A DNA stretch of 64,000 nucleotides from Selaginella moellendorffii (lineage: Eukaryota; Plantae; Lycopodiophyta). Positions 61,682 through 64,000 of the stretch are shown piece by piece; positions within the stretch are counted from its first letter, which is position 1, and each line of letters starts with the position of its first letter. The notes below the pieces were generated by a model. The model did no database searches and was not told the DNA's origin. It was given only the letters and a program-made list of their open reading frames with translations. Both the position numbers and the translations under genes were made by a program. The stretch lies in NCBI RefSeq assembly GCF_000143415.4, contig NW_003314299.1:544229-608228 (forward strand), given 5' to 3'.

Positions 61682-64000
61682 CTATCATAATAAGGAGGTA
61701 GTGGGCTGCCAAATCCAACCAATTGCAGATGTCCGATGGGGGGTAACTATAAAGGGGTTATTTATTTAACCATGTCTTATTGAATAATCATGTTAATGTT
61801 TGCTCTCGGCCAATGGAAGGAGGCCAAGCTGCGTGAGGCGAGAAGAAAGTGTTGTGACATGTGGCACATACAAATGTGTTGACCATGACTACACTTGTAT
61901 TTTGTTGAGCAAAAAGGAGTTCGATTTGCTCTAAGCCTGCGCAGAGCTCGACAATCCATTGCCTCCCGAATTGTCCAAAGACCTTCTCGAACACTGAGAC
62001 ATCACATTGTTCATTTGAAAAGCGGCATGATTTTGAGAAGAATTCCAATAATCCCATTAGGGCCCAATAGAATGTTCCTGGGGGGGGCAAATTGAAGAAT
62101 GCAGAAGAGATTTGACCCTCCCGAGCATCAAATTGTAAAGAACCAACTCCCCGAGGTGTCATAGGCTAAAGGATCCCCGAAAGCATAACCGAAATAACAA
62201 AGAATTCATCGGATGGGACCGAGTCAAAGATCGAGTCCAAGACCGACTCTGAGACTGAGTTCGAGATAGAGTCCGGAATCGAGTCCGAGGCCAAATCAGA
62301 GACCGAGTTCGAGACCAAGTTCGAGACAGAGTCCGAGATCCAAATCGAGTCCGAGACCGAGTCCGAGGTCGAGTCCGAAGTCGGGTCCGAGATCGGGTCC
62401 GAGATCGAGTTTGAGATCGAGTCCGAGACCGAGTCCGAAGTCGGGTCTGAGATCAAGTCCAAGATCGAGTTCGAGACCGAGTCCGAGTACTAATATGGGT
62501 CCAAGGGGTGAAAGCCCAAAGTGTGTGTATCCCGGGGGGGGTGGGGGGGGACTGCAAAGGGTTCCAAAAGTATAGTAGGGATAATGAGGTCTAGGAACCA
62601 GTCTTGAAGGAACTTTTCAGTGGTGCTTCTAAACTGACTTGAGGTTGAGATTGGGGCTGAGGGGCCTTGGGTGGGAGTGAGCATGGACTCGGATGGTGCT
62701 AAAGGGGCCACCCAAGGAAGTGCTCAAGAGCAGCTCCCACTCCCGAAAGGGAAAACGATTGCGGTGCTCCCAGATCATGTGGAGTGGTGCCCCACTTAAG
62801 TACCTTGTGGCTCATTGGTCCTCGCCCTTCCTAGGGGCTTGGGCCTTCCCTTTGGGATAGAAGTGGGGGGGTAGAGGTACCCATACCAGGTTGTTAAGTC
62901 ACGATGTTTCGCCCCAATGTCCCGAAGCAAGTGTTGCACCCAAAGCTTGGGATTTAGAGGGTCCCATGATCAAGCTTTGTTGTACTAAGAACCTAGAGGC
63001 TTGGTGTGTTTGGCTGCTTGTGCATACGGGGAGTGTAGCTGAACCTTAAGTCTAGTCTAACCCAGAGAGGGGGATTGGGAGAGATTTGGGAATCCGTGGA
63101 GGGATGGCTAACACTCCGTTGCTTGTGCAATGAGTAGCTGAAACCAAGTAGGACCAAATAGGAGTTGGTATAGTAGGCGGGAACCTTGGCGAGGGAACTT
63201 AGCACAAGCCAAGGCAGTGTTGGTCGGATAGACGAGGTAAATTGGCAAATTGGAAAAGAAAAATTTGTGGTTTTACACAAATCACACAAAACAAGCACTA
63301 AAGCGCACAGAATCATAACAACAATGCAGCAATCTTGTGAAACAATGCAAGAAATTGTAAGGATCCCATCGAGAAATCCATACCCTAGGTAGATCAATTG
63401 CAATCTCCAATCCAAAACCCCTCCACCCGCATAGTGCCAAACTAGCGCCCTTGCTCTCGACTATGTGGAGGTCCAAATAGCTAAACCTTTGTCCATAGAG
63501 CACCGTTGGATCTCATACCAGCTGGCAAGCCAATCAAACAGACTTCCTTTTTCCCCTATCCCTATGTCTCTCTCTTGCTTGCTAAATCCAAGTGTTTTGA
63601 TAGTCTGCGATTGTAGCTTAAATTGGCTTCTTTAAAAATTTGGTGCCAAGAACATCCAAGTAGAGCATGTCAATAGTAAAGGAGACAGACCCAATAATAT
63701 TGTGGACTTTAGTAAGCATGTTGTTAGGGTTTGTTATGGGTTTTTGTGAGAATCTTCTATAGTGCATCAGAATATTCTGGAAGGAGCATATTCTTCTCCA
63801 TTGTGAGAATATTCTAGAATTCTGAGAAACTCAAATCAATCTAGCCATTGGTTGATCTAGCTAGCAAAGTGTTCCAGTGCTTGTGGCAAAGGCTCCTCTT
63901 TTCTCAAAGAAGGCACTACGACACATATCACATATTGTCGCGAATGTGACTTCAGATATCGAAAGTTACCTGTCGGCTAGTCCTTATGGACACTCTTACC
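61682..64000 (-). mobile_element. Decayed LTR-retrotransposon region (possible LTR end, PBS and leader/gag remnants)
   Basis: Minus strand ...TTGCCA-GC-TGGTATGAGATCC (63508-63520) resembles an LTR CA end plus the tRNA-iMet PBS TGGTATCAGAGC. A second CA-ACC-TGGTAT lies near 62883-62893. No intact host-like ORF; contains the minisatellite. Confidence 0.45.
62216..62489. repeat. 12-bp minisatellite (GAGTCCGAGAYC)n, more than 20 units
   Basis: Read directly; gives SDS/ESE/RVRD low-complexity translations. Confidence 0.9.

Noticed and set aside
62993-63415. Hydrophobic 140-aa ORF as a membrane or env-like protein
   Set aside because: Non-ATG start in pyrimidine-rich TE leader-like DNA with no recognisable motif.

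Overview
Gene-dense nuclear DNA from a land plant with very short GT-AG introns and tiny intergenic spacers. Together with many PLS-class PPR genes built from tandem ~31-aa motifs, this points to a lycophyte such as Selaginella (inference, not proven). Recognisable conserved genes: calnexin, DXS, an ATL-type RING-H2 ligase, a MPYVPPHRR-type (DUF7903-like) protein, LQY1, CCB4, CLP1, two P-class PPRs (At2g35130-like and the RRM-PPR PPR4), a class-3 lipase, AAE17/18, HPR2/HPPR, SAC9, RGS1, a rubredoxin-like protein and trehalase. Also present are tRNA-Asn(GTT), tRNA-Gly(GCC) and five PLS-E PPR loci (one pseudogene, one double fusion). Accessory elements: a secreted cyanovirin-N-homologue (CVNH) lectin; two very AT-rich intronless paralogues fusing an unknown N-terminal domain to a bulb-type mannose lectin; an intact spliced orphan gene with a PD-(D/E)XK nuclease-like motif wedged between PPR4 and a deletion-riddled PPR4 copy; a BAHD pseudogene; tandem repeats; and decayed LTR-retroelement sequence at the right end. 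A sense-strand TAGGG(T/C)TC motif precedes many start codons. Exon boundaries were read by eye and are approximate.
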